A stretch of 64,000 nucleotides of DNA from a virus, in UHGV virus genome UHGV-0038492; one strand, 5' to 3'. The notes beneath the pieces were generated by a model. That model was not told the DNA's origin and made no database searches. It was given only the letters and a program-made list of their open reading frames with translations. A program made the position numbers and the translations under genes. Each line of letters starts with the position of its first letter. Position 1 is the stretch's first letter. Positions 36,299-46,320 of the stretch are shown in pieces.

Positions 36299-37183
36299 AT
36301 GTTAAGACGCAGAATTTATGGAGATACGCTTCGACGTATTAGTGAAGCTATAGAGACTGCACACAAAGACTTGTTTGGTCTGAAAGAAGATCGGTTTCTA
36401 ACGTTTGTCAGGGAACACAAGAGACAACTCCCCGTAACCTTTCTGCCCGTTAACGACCCAACGTACCGTGAGTTCGGCACCACCAAACAGGTGCCGTATT
36501 CTATTCGCCAGTCGTTAGGTTTGGGTTGGCAATACGCAGGTATTGAAATTATCTCTGATAACGAGTTGATGGGATTACTTGCAGACACAGAACGTTTAAC
36601 GGATATTCCGTACGCGTGGATTGAAGCCATCCCATCATTCACCTTTTCCGTGACTGTCAAGATTAATGAACTTCCTGCTACGCTCTTTATCGGTCGTCGT
36701 AAATTCGAAGGTGAAGAAGTATTGTTCGTTTTACGATGGGTGGAGATAAATCAGCGGCACTGTTGGACGACCAAGATTTATCGGTTCAACAGAAAGGCAG
36801 ATGACTTTGTTAGTTTAGAGCCTTACTTTGCTAACGAGTCAAAGGACGAGGAACTTCTGGATGAGGTACATATCGGTTTATATCTTTCCTCGCGGGTGAA
36901 GAAATCGGAACGCGAGAGACGGGAATACCGTGGTAGAACGACACGTTACGTACCTGATACAGAAATCCTTCCACGCAGAGAACCTGTCGTTGTTGACGTA
37001 AGTCCAGTACAACGCGAAGACTTAGAGAAACAACGCAGGGAAGGTAGGAGAATCTGTTTAACGCCGCATCGCGCAGCACACATACGCAGGGCACATTGGA
37101 AACGGGTCTGGTGTGGGCCAATGACAGGACCACGCTGGCAGGAGTGGCGATGGATTGCACCCACCTTTATATCCGGTTTTTAG
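36299..37183 (+). CDS. hypothetical protein (about 294 aa); HIRRAHW-motif paralogue B
   Basis: Track ORF 36176-37183 trimmed to ATG 36299 preceded by AGGAGAA; C-terminus RAAHIRRAHWKRVWCGP...WRWIAPTF; full-length similarity to paralogue A. Confidence 0.7.
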   Translation: MLRRRIYGDTLRRISEAIETAHKDLFGLKEDRFLTFVREHKRQLPVTFLPVNDPTYREFGTTKQVPYSIRQSLGLGWQYAGIEIISDNELMGLLADTERLTDIPYAWIEAIPSFTFSVTVKINELPATLFIGRRKFEGEEVLFVLRWVEINQRHCWTTKIYRFNRKADDFVSLEPYFANESKDEELLDEVHIGLYLSSRVKKSERERREYRGRTTRYVPDTEILPRREPVVVDVSPVQREDLEKQRREGRRICLTPHRAAHIRRAHWKRVWCGPMTGPRWQEWRWIAPTFISGF

Positions 37184-37200
37184 CGTGAAAATAAAGATTA

Positions 37201-37249
37201 CCCCTAGACCACAAGGTCTAGGGGTAGCTTTTACTTTTTATTTTTTGTT
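37201..37249. terminator. bidirectional terminator, CCCTA...TAGGG family (CCCCTAGACC / GGTCTAGGGG)
   Basis: 10-bp stem 37201-37210 / 37215-37224, 4-nt loop, followed by TAGCTTTTACTTTTTATTTTTTG; sits between convergent gene ends. Confidence 0.8.
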
Positions 37250-37993
37250 TGCCTTCAGCGCTTTCAGGCGTTCAGCCGTCACGTTCAGACATTCAATCAA
37301 TTCGTTCACTTGTTTCATGAACAAACCAAACAGTTCAACCCAATCGGATGCAAAGTCTAACATCGCTGTCAGCTCTTTTGCTACGTTAGGATGGATGTTT
37401 TGTTCAGACAGAATCGTTGCAGAGGCTTTAATGGACTCGATGGATTTGTCGATGTTCGTACGAAGTTTCTTCGTAATTTCAACGTTCAGTGCTTTTGCAC
37501 GGTTAAACGCAATATCGATTTCCGTAGCACTGTGGTACGTTTTCTCAATCGGACGCTGATCAATAACGTTGTTGGTGTAGGACTTAGCCAACTGGTTAAC
37601 CAGGTCTTTCGGATTCACGTTACGTAACGGAATGTTAACGTTTTTATAACGGAAGCCGATAGGTAATGACAGTACGCCCACATCATGTGTAAGGGCGGAA
37701 AGTTGCAACTCAACAGGTAAAAGGACACCGTCGTAGATCTTCTGTAATGAACTCCACACCGATTCTAAGCGGTTAATGTGATCCATTACGTAGGTATTGA
37801 AGCCTGGCGGTACAATAACCAACATGCCTGCAAAGTGTAAGAATTTTTCCTGTTGCATCCACTTGGAAACGTCTGACATGTCGTCGTAAGTGGTTAATGC
37901 AATCTCTTGTTGAGGGCCACTGAACCCTTTGGGTAAGATTGCAGACGCTTTAGCGGCAAAGCTAGTTAACGCTGCAAGTGGATTTACGTTCAT
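37238..37993 (-). CDS. hypothetical protein (251 aa), single-gene minus-strand island
   Basis: Track ORF. Confidence 0.7.
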   Translation of the reverse strand: MNVNPLAALTSFAAKASAILPKGFSGPQQEIALTTYDDMSDVSKWMQQEKFLHFAGMLVIVPPGFNTYVMDHINRLESVWSSLQKIYDGVLLPVELQLSALTHDVGVLSLPIGFRYKNVNIPLRNVNPKDLVNQLAKSYTNNVIDQRPIEKTYHSATEIDIAFNRAKALNVEITKKLRTNIDKSIESIKASATILSEQNIHPNVAKELTAMLDFASDWVELFGLFMKQVNELIECLNVTAERLKALKANKK

Positions 37994-38090
37994 TTAAAAC
38001 CTCGGATTATAAGTCAGGGTTACATAGTAAAGTCTTTTTACAGTTCATCCTGAACTTATGACCGAGATTATCTCACAAAGGTAAAGCTCG

Positions 38091-38390
38091 ATGAAAATCA
38101 AATTACTGACTCGAAACACCACGCCTCGTCTGGAACCGGAAATCTATCTTACCCCGGTGAAAAAAGACAAAGAAGGTAAACCTATTCAAGTAGGTAAGAT
38201 TCTTAGCGTGACCTCTTTACCGAACGGTAAGCGCGTGATGGAATTAGAAATCGACGAGCGCAACAAACGTCGTTTCGAGTCTATTGAGAACCCCTATCCT
38301 GAAAAATCGGAAGAAGTTACCGAGTGGGCAGAGACCTACTTTGAATTCTGGCACAAACGCCGTCTTCTTCTTCCGACCAAGAATCGTTAA
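38091..38390 (+). CDS. hypothetical protein (99 aa)
   Basis: Track ORF; RBS AAAGGTAAAG. Confidence 0.6.
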   Translation: MKIKLLTRNTTPRLEPEIYLTPVKKDKEGKPIQVGKILSVTSLPNGKRVMELEIDERNKRRFESIENPYPEKSEEVTEWAETYFEFWHKRRLLLPTKNR

Positions 38391-38405
38391 TTATTGGAGC
38401 GCTAA

Positions 38406-39902
38406 ATGGCAGGCCCAACTAAGCAAGTTATCGGTGAAGTAATTCGTCCTCGTTTTAACGTTTATACCATCATGGACCACGCCTTAGGCAACTACGAAAG
38501 AGGCGAAGATGGTTTATACTACCTTAACGGTGGTTTTGCCCACATCATGGGTTTCGCGGGTCGTGGTAACACCTTCAAATCTACACTGTTGGATTTCTGT
38601 ATCTTCCAAATCCTGCAACGCTATAAAGCAGAGTGGGGTTCGAAATACGATACTGAAGTGTCTGCTGCCCTCGATCGCTTAGAGACCGGTTATATTTCTG
38701 CCATGCACGCCAACGGTATTGACGATGGAACTTCGGTACTGGAACTTATTCACGAAGGTCGTTATAACCTCGTTGGTTCTGACGTGATGCCAGGGGAACA
38801 GTATTACAGTGACTATATTCGTGATGAAGTGGAAAAACGCTTCAAGCAGTATATGTCTGGTAAAACCCGCGTAACGCCGTTCCTTGACCCGGTTCGTCGT
38901 AAGCAAAAAGAAATCCTTGACCCGTGGCTGTATTCTATCGACTCCCTGTCGGAGTGGCACTCGTCTTCTCTGGAAGACAAGCACGCTAAAACAGATATCG
39001 GTGATTCCGATCAGAACATCCTCAACGCCCACGACGCCTTGCAGAAATCGAACATGATGAGTCGTTGGCCGTCTGCGTTTGCCCGTGGTGGTTTCTACAT
39101 GGGCTTTGTTGCACAGATGGCCGATGACTCCGGTAAGGCGATGGCGGGCGGTCGTCAAGGACAGAAAGCAAACGCGAAGCTGTTGGACGATGCGAACGAC
39201 GATCTCAAATTCGCAGGGATTCCTCGTCGTCAGTTAAGCTTCCTGACTAACTCGTTTATTGTTGCGACAAAATCAGGCGAGCTGAAAAAGGACCAGAGTT
39301 ATAACGCGCAGACCGGTGTTAACGAAGAACTTTACCCAACCGCACGTTCAAAAGCCATGAACGCGTCGGTTAACGACCTGAAAGTCATCACCTTTACACA
39401 ATACCGTGCTAAAGGCGGTCACACGGGCGTGAAGTTCCAGATGATCTTCTCGCAAGAGATGGGTCTACTGTACCACCTGAGCTTGTGGCATTACCTGAGC
39501 GACACCCTGAAAAAATCCGAATTTGGCTTTACGTCCAGCGGTAGCGGTGGTTCCATTAAAGAACTCCAGATTCTGCCTGGTGTTAAATTCCAGCGTACGA
39601 CGATTCGTGACATGATCGACGATAACCCGAAACTGCGTCGGGCATTAGAAATCACGGCTGCGATTGCGTACATGCAAAACAACTACCATCGTTTAGAGGT
39701 TAAATATCACCTCACGATGGAAGAAATCTACAAACTCATTGATGAAAAATGGGATTGGAATGAGATTCTGGAGAACACCGTAGAATACTGGATGTTTAAA
39801 GACCAGGAAACGAAAGGCGGTAAACGCACGTTAACTGCCCGTACGATTCTGGGTATGGCCGTGGACGGCCTGGAACCGAAGTTCCTGACCAAAAAGAAAT
39901 AA
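38406..39902 (+). CDS. hypothetical protein (498 aa) with deviant P-loop-like motif
   Basis: GFAGRGNTFKST resembles a deviant Walker A; no confident family assignment. Confidence 0.7.
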   Translation: MAGPTKQVIGEVIRPRFNVYTIMDHALGNYERGEDGLYYLNGGFAHIMGFAGRGNTFKSTLLDFCIFQILQRYKAEWGSKYDTEVSAALDRLETGYISAMHANGIDDGTSVLELIHEGRYNLVGSDVMPGEQYYSDYIRDEVEKRFKQYMSGKTRVTPFLDPVRRKQKEILDPWLYSIDSLSEWHSSSLEDKHAKTDIGDSDQNILNAHDALQKSNMMSRWPSAFARGGFYMGFVAQMADDSGKAMAGGRQGQKANAKLLDDANDDLKFAGIPRRQLSFLTNSFIVATKSGELKKDQSYNAQTGVNEELYPTARSKAMNASVNDLKVITFTQYRAKGGHTGVKFQMIFSQEMGLLYHLSLWHYLSDTLKKSEFGFTSSGSGGSIKELQILPGVKFQRTTIRDMIDDNPKLRRALEITAAIAYMQNNYHRLEVKYHLTMEEIYKLIDEKWDWNEILENTVEYWMFKDQETKGGKRTLTARTILGMAVDGLEPKFLTKKK

Positions 39903-39908
39903 AAGCGT

Positions 39909-39933
39909 TAGGGTAGGGTAATCCCCTACCCTA
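39909..39933 (+). other. CCCTA/TAGGG-family hairpin in inverted orientation, directly upstream of an RBS, no U-tract
   Basis: 10-bp stem TAGGGTAGGG (39909-39918) / CCCTACCCTA (39924-39933), 5-nt loop; followed by GCTAAGGAG and ATG 39948, not by a T-run. Confidence 0.5.
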
Positions 39934-39947
39934 GCTAAGGAGTCGTT

Positions 39948-40247
39948 ATGCGTTATCAAACGGAGATTGTGGAACGCTTAAGTGAAGGTTTAGCCAGCGT
40001 CAGCCTGGAAACAGCAGCGGCATTTCGTGAGACTTTCGCTACTTTCTTTCCCGATCGTGAATCTTTTTGTTTAAAGGTCGGTGAATATTATTCCAAGTTA
40101 CTCGAACACTACGGTTATCCGCCGGTGAAATTCGACGTACCTGAAAACACCGACGACATCAGTTATTGGATTGAAACCCTCGAAGCAGGGACACTATCCA
40201 ACTTGCGTAAGGCGGTAGAAAATGAAACTCGATCCAGCGCGGCGTAA
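39948..40247 (+). CDS. hypothetical protein (99 aa)
   Basis: Track ORF; RBS AAGGAG. Confidence 0.6.
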   Translation: MRYQTEIVERLSEGLASVSLETAAAFRETFATFFPDRESFCLKVGEYYSKLLEHYGYPPVKFDVPENTDDISYWIETLEAGTLSNLRKAVENETRSSAA

Positions 40248-40890
40248 AAAAGCAGAAGCTTACGCCTTACAAATCTTAAACCTGGTTGACCCCTCTGGGA
40301 TTAACGCGGAAGCAGCAAAGAAAGCCTTTGCTCGAATGACGGACGAACAGTTTAATCGTCTTCGTGAAGGGCTACCGATTTACAACCCGGTCGGTAGTAA
40401 AGTTAAAATAGACCACATGCGAAACGTTAAGCTTTGTCGTGTTTTAGGTTTGAACCTGGAACAACGGTTGTGGTTAACTGAACCGAAAACGGGTGTTTTC
40501 CATCGTACTCGCTATCCTCATCTGGTGCTACGTTTACCTGCGCGTCGTCAAACACAGATGCAAGAAAAGAAAATGGCGGTAGCGAAGAACGACAAAGTTC
40601 GTGATAAACTCTCCGGTCAGGTTGTTGGTCCTTCTAAAGCATCTGGTGTGTCCTTCCCAGAAGCGTACATCATGTACTCCGATGGTCACGACTGGACACT
40701 GAAAGAGTTTCTGTGGGCGCGTGGGGGTAACGAAGCGTTACAACGTGCGTTCTATCAATCGTTACGTCAAACCGGTAAGGGACGTATTGACCTACCGGGG
40801 GCAGAACGTACCAGTTCAAAAGCAACACGTACCTGGTCTGCGTATCTGAAAGCGATGCACATTGGTAACAACATAGGCCATCCGTCATGA
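40222..40890 (+). CDS. hypothetical protein (222 aa)
   Basis: Track ORF; overlaps the upstream gene by 26 nt. Confidence 0.6.
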   Translation: MKLDPARRKKAEAYALQILNLVDPSGINAEAAKKAFARMTDEQFNRLREGLPIYNPVGSKVKIDHMRNVKLCRVLGLNLEQRLWLTEPKTGVFHRTRYPHLVLRLPARRQTQMQEKKMAVAKNDKVRDKLSGQVVGPSKASGVSFPEAYIMYSDGHDWTLKEFLWARGGNEALQRAFYQSLRQTGKGRIDLPGAERTSSKATRTWSAYLKAMHIGNNIGHPS

Positions 40891-41609
40891 GATTTTCTCG
40901 ACGTTTTTTGATTGATATCGATGCGTTGTTTGACACCCGAATCGGTTGGGTCAAAGCCATCAAACCTGAAAGATTGGAAATTATGGATTACGACGTTTAT
41001 CGTCGTCGTTTTACGGAGGAATGGGCGACTGTCTTGGGGTTTGAGAATTGGAAAGAGGAGTATCAGAAACGCGATAAACGCGCGTTGATGAATGCGGAAC
41101 CCACCGAACTGTTGTTGACGATGAAGAACGAGTTCGAATGCATGTTACTCGAAATCGAGATGCATTCGCCTATCGAAAAACCGACGCTGACGATCAACAC
41201 CTGGCCGTATACTGACCTTACCGACCAAGAAATGCAAACGTTCTTGCAAATGTTCCGTATCTATTACGATATGGTACAGGTTGAGCTAGTGTCGTGGCCA
41301 CATTCGGAACTCACACCAGGTCGTTTAGCGACAGCTTGGGATTGTTGGATAATGTACGATTGGTTCGCTTGGATTGAACTCAATGCGAAACATCTGAAAA
41401 AGCCTATCCCTAGCTTTACCATTACACACCCTGCCCTGCTAACACCGGAACTTACAAAAGAGACGGTAGAGCAGCTTAAACGCGATGGTGTAAATCCATT
41501 CAAGGAACACATCCGGTTTATGGCAGAGTGGGTCGGTGTCGACCCACGTGATTCTGCGTTATTTAGTCTGGCTCGTCCGAAGAAGGACGCGCAAACGCCG
41601 CAGTCATAA
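40887..41609 (+). CDS. hypothetical protein (240 aa)
   Basis: Track ORF; start overlaps the preceding stop. Confidence 0.65.
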   Translation: MRFSRRFLIDIDALFDTRIGWVKAIKPERLEIMDYDVYRRRFTEEWATVLGFENWKEEYQKRDKRALMNAEPTELLLTMKNEFECMLLEIEMHSPIEKPTLTINTWPYTDLTDQEMQTFLQMFRIYYDMVQVELVSWPHSELTPGRLATAWDCWIMYDWFAWIELNAKHLKKPIPSFTITHPALLTPELTKETVEQLKRDGVNPFKEHIRFMAEWVGVDPRDSALFSLARPKKDAQTPQS

Positions 41610-42027
41610 TGGACTTCACGTCAATTTGTTCGCCAACCGGAGCCAACTCCCCTTCCGAGATTTCGACGTTAGGAATGTCTGGAAGGGTGGGTTGGTAACT
41701 ATTATTTTCATCAGGTTCTTCGTCGTGACGTTTTATTTTCACGTTGCCACGCTGCATCAGAATCGTATTCAGTGCGTTAGCCAAGTCTTGGTTCGCTTCA
41801 CTGTTTTTCTGGGCAGCAGCAACACGACGTTTAGAAATGATTTGCTTATCTAGGTCGTTTAATAACGTCCCGATACGATCCACGGTCTTTAAGTCTTTGT
41901 GAGCATTAGGATCGTCTAAGATTAAATTGACAATTCTGACACGGGCTTGTTGCGTTTGGCGGAGAAGCGATTCTTCGTCGTCTACTTCACCATCTAACGC
42001 CTGGTATTTCACTTCTTCTTCAGCCAT
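41563..42027 (-). CDS. hypothetical acidic protein (154 aa)
   Basis: Minus-strand ATG preceded by GAGGTGG; 3-prime end overlaps the convergent plus gene by 47 nt. Confidence 0.55.
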   Translation of the reverse strand: MAEEEVKYQALDGEVDDEESLLRQTQQARVRIVNLILDDPNAHKDLKTVDRIGTLLNDLDKQIISKRRVAAAQKNSEANQDLANALNTILMQRGNVKIKRHDEEPDENNSYQPTLPDIPNVEISEGELAPVGEQIDVKSIMTAAFARPSSDEPD

Positions 42028-42099
42028 TTAAAACCACCTCATTTTCAAAAAGAAGTCAGACAGATATTATTTACGTGAGACATTCTTTCGGAGTGAATT

Positions 42100-42648
42100 A
42101 TGTTTACAGGATTAATAACGCGTTTTAAGAAACGTCTACAGCAAAAGCGTTTACAGGCTCTCAGAGAGTCTCTAAGGCAGGAGTTTCATAAGAACATCCA
42201 TAACCCCTACGTGAGAACGTTTAGCGGCTTACGGTTGCTTACGTTACCTATAAACGTAGATACCGAACCCTACCACCCCAGCTTACGTGGTAATCTCGAG
42301 TTACGTATCGCTAATCTCGATATTCTTTACCAACGTCTTGGTTTTTATATCAACGAATACCAACGCACGATTAACGGCACGTCTATCGAGTGGTTATCCC
42401 TGCCAGAGTCGTTAAGTAAGCAAAAAGACTCATCAGAAAACCGCTGGTTAGACACTTATTTTGGGACGTCCAATCCGGCGGTTGCCTATTATAAGCTAAC
42501 GCAGTTACTCGAGCTTATCGAACCTTACGAAGATATTTTCTTAAAGCCCAAGACCGATGAAGATCGGGCATTGGTGAATCACTGTGCACATTTGTTTCGT
42601 GAAATGGAGGTACTCATCGAACACTACCTTTTAAACCGACCTGTTTAA
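42100..42648 (+). CDS. hypothetical protein (182 aa)
   Basis: Track ORF. Confidence 0.65.
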   Translation: MFTGLITRFKKRLQQKRLQALRESLRQEFHKNIHNPYVRTFSGLRLLTLPINVDTEPYHPSLRGNLELRIANLDILYQRLGFYINEYQRTINGTSIEWLSLPESLSKQKDSSENRWLDTYFGTSNPAVAYYKLTQLLELIEPYEDIFLKPKTDEDRALVNHCAHLFREMEVLIEHYLLNRPV

Positions 42649-42681
42649 TAACCAGTTAACCCCTTGTAACAAGGTGAAGTG

Positions 42682-43494
42682 ATGGACAACGAAGCAAAAG
42701 CAAAACTGCAACGAGACGAAGACGAACGTGCGGGTAAACCGTTGCAAAAACTTTACTGGGAATATAAAACTCAGATTGGGTGGGAACCTAAAGATTATAA
42801 GCTTGCAGTTGCAAGACACATCCTGTCCCCTGATTTCCGCACACGTTCGAAGGCCGTTCTCGAAGATCGAGTACAACGCATCTCAACGAAACTTACCTCA
42901 GGTAACAACCGTGACTTACCGGTTGACCTTACGTGGCGTGGGTTCACGGAAGGGTTAGTGATTACCGGAGTGGAATCGTTGAGAATCTGTATAACGACTT
43001 ACCGTGGACGTTTCCAGACAAAAACCATTTCTGAAGTCACCACACGAGTGCGTGACGATCTTATCCGCTACGATTTTGAAGACTGTAACGAGAAACCGAC
43101 GGCCAGTGCCAGTACGGAATTAAATCGTTTCTTCCGAGATTGTGCGGGAACCGCAAAGACGATGGAGCACCCCCTTTCGAGACTCCTGTGGACAATCTTT
43201 GCGAATATCAAAATGACTTCGGATTGGTGGCATCGACTTTCAACGAACTATGTTAATAATCCAGAGAACTGTCTTCCTATCTCTTCTAAACGCAATGACA
43301 TGCGGCACAATATGCAGCACAACATGCGACTGAAAAAGAAGCTGTCTTGGAAATGGTTTATGAGGATACTCAAGGCGATTGATGTGAAGAAATTCGATAT
43401 TCTGTTGACGTTAAAACGCAAAAACGACAACAAGATTTACGAAGTCGTTCACACGGTTGACCTCGAGGCTTATCAATTTCGGAGTACAGAATGA
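42682..43494 (+). CDS. hypothetical protein (about 270 aa)
   Basis: Track ORF 42679-43494; ATG at 42682 preceded by AAGGTGAAG. Confidence 0.65.
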   Translation: MDNEAKAKLQRDEDERAGKPLQKLYWEYKTQIGWEPKDYKLAVARHILSPDFRTRSKAVLEDRVQRISTKLTSGNNRDLPVDLTWRGFTEGLVITGVESLRICITTYRGRFQTKTISEVTTRVRDDLIRYDFEDCNEKPTASASTELNRFFRDCAGTAKTMEHPLSRLLWTIFANIKMTSDWWHRLSTNYVNNPENCLPISSKRNDMRHNMQHNMRLKKKLSWKWFMRILKAIDVKKFDILLTLKRKNDNKIYEVVHTVDLEAYQFRSTE

Positions 43495-44765
43495 AACTCG
43501 ATCAGATAACCGGCCAGATTAACAAAGGTCAATCGGCTATCGACAACTCGGTTAATACCGCGAAGAATGCGGTTAACCGAGTACAGTCTACGGTAGAAAA
43601 CGCCGAACGTGGCATTCAGAATACCGTAGATAAAGTCAGTCAGCTTTCCGATCGTGCTGGCGAAACCTTTAACAAACTCATCAGCGGTGGGAGCGAACTG
43701 ACCTCAAAAATCGGTAACCTCTTCGGCGGTAGTGACATTGCCAGCGTAGGGGGTACCAAAACAGCAGGTAGCTCCACCTCCGGTGTTTCCCCAGGACAAA
43801 AAGTTCCTGGGTTTGCTTCTAACACCAAAGAGACACTACCTGTTCTCGACCCGCAGAAGCGCGATGTGTCAGAACCTTTCAAAAAGGTTAATGAGGAAGG
43901 GCTTAAAGCACTAGGATATCTGTCACCGGGTGACTCAGGAAGTTTACTGGGTAAAGGTTGGAACAGTCTTTCGTCGCTTAGTGATTCTCTTCTGTCAGGA
44001 ATCGGTACTGACTTTTCCTCCGTGAAGAAACGTCTCGAAGGAACGCTGAATATCGCAGGCCAACTGGCTAAGCTTCCTTCGGAAATCAGTCATGAAGTCA
44101 ACAACTTTATGTCTGAAGTCAACAGTATGCGTTACCAGATAACCTCGGTTATTGATGACGTACAACACACGTTTGACAGCTACAAAGACCTTGACGATTT
44201 CTTAGCTATCGACAACTTGATTAACAGTTTCAAAGGCAGCGACAGTTTTTCAGCGTTAGACATTAACACATCGTCTGCGCTGATCTACGGTTTGTCTACG
44301 AAACTTAACAGTTACGGACTGCCTGCAAAAATCGACCCGATGATTCAGGCTATTACTGACGATCAAGCAAAAGAGGCGCTTTACGGGGAGTTGATGATTC
44401 AAGCTGCCGCTACCGGTAACTTGGACTCAACGGAATATTACCTGGGCAAACTTCAGGAAGGTCAGGGCAAACAGATTGCGGAAACCGTGATTCAAAACAT
44501 CATGGCTAACTTGCGTGTAGAACCCGGTACGAGCTTTAGTACGTACGGGACACGAATGTTGGCGTTGTTTAAAGCACTGGATGCCAAATGGGATAAAACG
44601 AAAAACGTTACTCCCGAAACTACCGAATTGAAACTCTATACTTACGCAGGCGCTAACGCGATACAAGCGCTGATGACCACCGAAAAACGTAACTACGTTT
44701 TAGCGGCAGGTAGTGTAAGTTATCAGTCTACCGATGAAATCGTGGAAGACTACTTTGCAATCTAA
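43491..44765 (+). CDS. hypothetical Ser/Gly-rich protein (424 aa)
   Basis: Track ORF; start overlaps the preceding stop. Confidence 0.7.
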   Translation: MKLDQITGQINKGQSAIDNSVNTAKNAVNRVQSTVENAERGIQNTVDKVSQLSDRAGETFNKLISGGSELTSKIGNLFGGSDIASVGGTKTAGSSTSGVSPGQKVPGFASNTKETLPVLDPQKRDVSEPFKKVNEEGLKALGYLSPGDSGSLLGKGWNSLSSLSDSLLSGIGTDFSSVKKRLEGTLNIAGQLAKLPSEISHEVNNFMSEVNSMRYQITSVIDDVQHTFDSYKDLDDFLAIDNLINSFKGSDSFSALDINTSSALIYGLSTKLNSYGLPAKIDPMIQAITDDQAKEALYGELMIQAAATGNLDSTEYYLGKLQEGQGKQIAETVIQNIMANLRVEPGTSFSTYGTRMLALFKALDAKWDKTKNVTPETTELKLYTYAGANAIQALMTTEKRNYVLAAGSVSYQSTDEIVEDYFAI

Positions 44766-44775
44766 GAGGCCGGAT

Positions 44776-45597
44776 ATGTCCGAACCACAATTACTGCGTT
44801 CCGTATTGAAGAAAATCAAAAGTCAACGTGAAGACATTCAATCACTGGCTATAACGCTCGGTTATGCGCCGGGTGACTTACGTTCTAAATCCTACGTGAA
44901 CGCGTCAAGCATTGTACTCACACCTGATGAGCGCCTTGCTTATGTCCTGTACCTGAGACGGTTAGGCTATGTTTGTGCGTTACCTGAACAACTCCCGTTT
45001 ACCGATGGGGTGAACCACATCAACTTTTACTCCAACGGCCGTACTACCGTGGGTAAGATGATCAGTAACTTCTACGCGAAACCTGACGGGTCAAAATTCG
45101 ACACGATACACGGTCAGTTCCTGACGTTAGAAGGTTACTATCACTACTTGCGTATCGTTGACTACATGTTACACATGGGTTACTCGATTAAAACGATGGG
45201 TCGTCTGGAAACTGAATTTCCTGATATTCTTCGTTTACGTACGTTAACGGGTACCGAGTGTATTCAGTTAGGTCGTCGATTAAAAGCGGCAATTTACGGG
45301 AAAACGGATTACCGTCCGGGCGAGTTTAGTAGCTACGCGACTGGCGCATTTAAGAATGCACTGCTGCGTAAGTTACACTTATTACAATACGACGGGTCTT
45401 GTTTAGGTAATACCCTGTCTTACTGCCATTCGATGAATCTTCCGTTCTTGCATTACTACGTTATGAACGGTCGGGTGATTACACCACCGCATTCTGAATG
45501 GCTTCCTAATCTGGTGATTTCTATTGTAGAAAACATCGACTATAACGACTCGACGTTCGATATTACGGACGTCAGTGAACGTATGGGATTAATCTAA
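44776..45597 (+). CDS. hypothetical protein (about 273 aa)
   Basis: Track ORF 44734-45597 trimmed to ATG 44776 preceded by AAGAGG. Confidence 0.65.
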   Translation: MSEPQLLRSVLKKIKSQREDIQSLAITLGYAPGDLRSKSYVNASSIVLTPDERLAYVLYLRRLGYVCALPEQLPFTDGVNHINFYSNGRTTVGKMISNFYAKPDGSKFDTIHGQFLTLEGYYHYLRIVDYMLHMGYSIKTMGRLETEFPDILRLRTLTGTECIQLGRRLKAAIYGKTDYRPGEFSSYATGAFKNALLRKLHLLQYDGSCLGNTLSYCHSMNLPFLHYYVMNGRVITPPHSEWLPNLVISIVENIDYNDSTFDITDVSERMGLI

Positions 45598-46256
45598 TGG
45601 GATTGTTCGATACCCTAGCGCGGCTGGATAAAGCGCAGGAAGAAGAAATCATTCGTGTTGCAGGTGAATCCATTAAACACGAAGTCGAAAAGGAATACTG
45701 CGTTTGGGTAAGACCGACGCAAGCGGGATGGGATTGGCTCCACGCACAAGAAGCCAAGATGTTCATGGACATTCTCATGCCGATAGAAGGCGGGCGTCGT
45801 CGTATCCGTATTAAAGAAGACGGAACGGCACAGCTGACGCTTAAGCGTAAATTCCTGGACGGAAAGGTTGAAGAGAATTCGGATATCGGGATTAGTTCCG
45901 CACTCTCTTTTTACAAAGATGGCTATTTGGCACACCTGGTGAAGCGTATTCACTTAAAGCCAGGTGAATTAGCCGACAAAGGCGCTAAGCATTGGGATAT
46001 TGATATTTTCACTATCACCACCGGGCACCCTGCAATTGAAGTTTCGGCTGACTTTAACGATCTCCTCACCGAGATGCGTAGTAGTACCAGCGTCGGAGAC
46101 TGGGTGAAAGTTGAACTGGAAGTCGAGCGTTACGAGATTGCGGATGTGCTGTCTGTAATTCCGTTTGAGTTTGACGGCCACATTCCGGCTACACCAAAAG
46201 ATCCTGAAGACCAAGAATATCTTCGCGATTACTGGGATTCAGTTACCCGTATGTAA
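45597..46256 (+). CDS. hypothetical protein (219 aa)
   Basis: Track ORF; start overlaps the preceding stop. Confidence 0.65.
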   Translation: MGLFDTLARLDKAQEEEIIRVAGESIKHEVEKEYCVWVRPTQAGWDWLHAQEAKMFMDILMPIEGGRRRIRIKEDGTAQLTLKRKFLDGKVEENSDIGISSALSFYKDGYLAHLVKRIHLKPGELADKGAKHWDIDIFTITTGHPAIEVSADFNDLLTEMRSSTSVGDWVKVELEVERYEIADVLSVIPFEFDGHIPATPKDPEDQEYLRDYWDSVTRM

Positions 46257-46261
46257 CACCT

Positions 46262-46300
46262 ACCCTACTCCTGTCTGGGAGTAGGGTATTTTCATTTTTT
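46262..46300 (+). terminator. intrinsic terminator, CCCTACTCC family
   Basis: 10-bp stem ACCCTACTCC (46262-46271) / GGAGTAGGGT (46278-46287), 6-nt loop, followed by ATTTTCATTTTTT. Confidence 0.8.
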
Positions 46301-46320
46301 ACCCTAAAGGAGAATTTACC

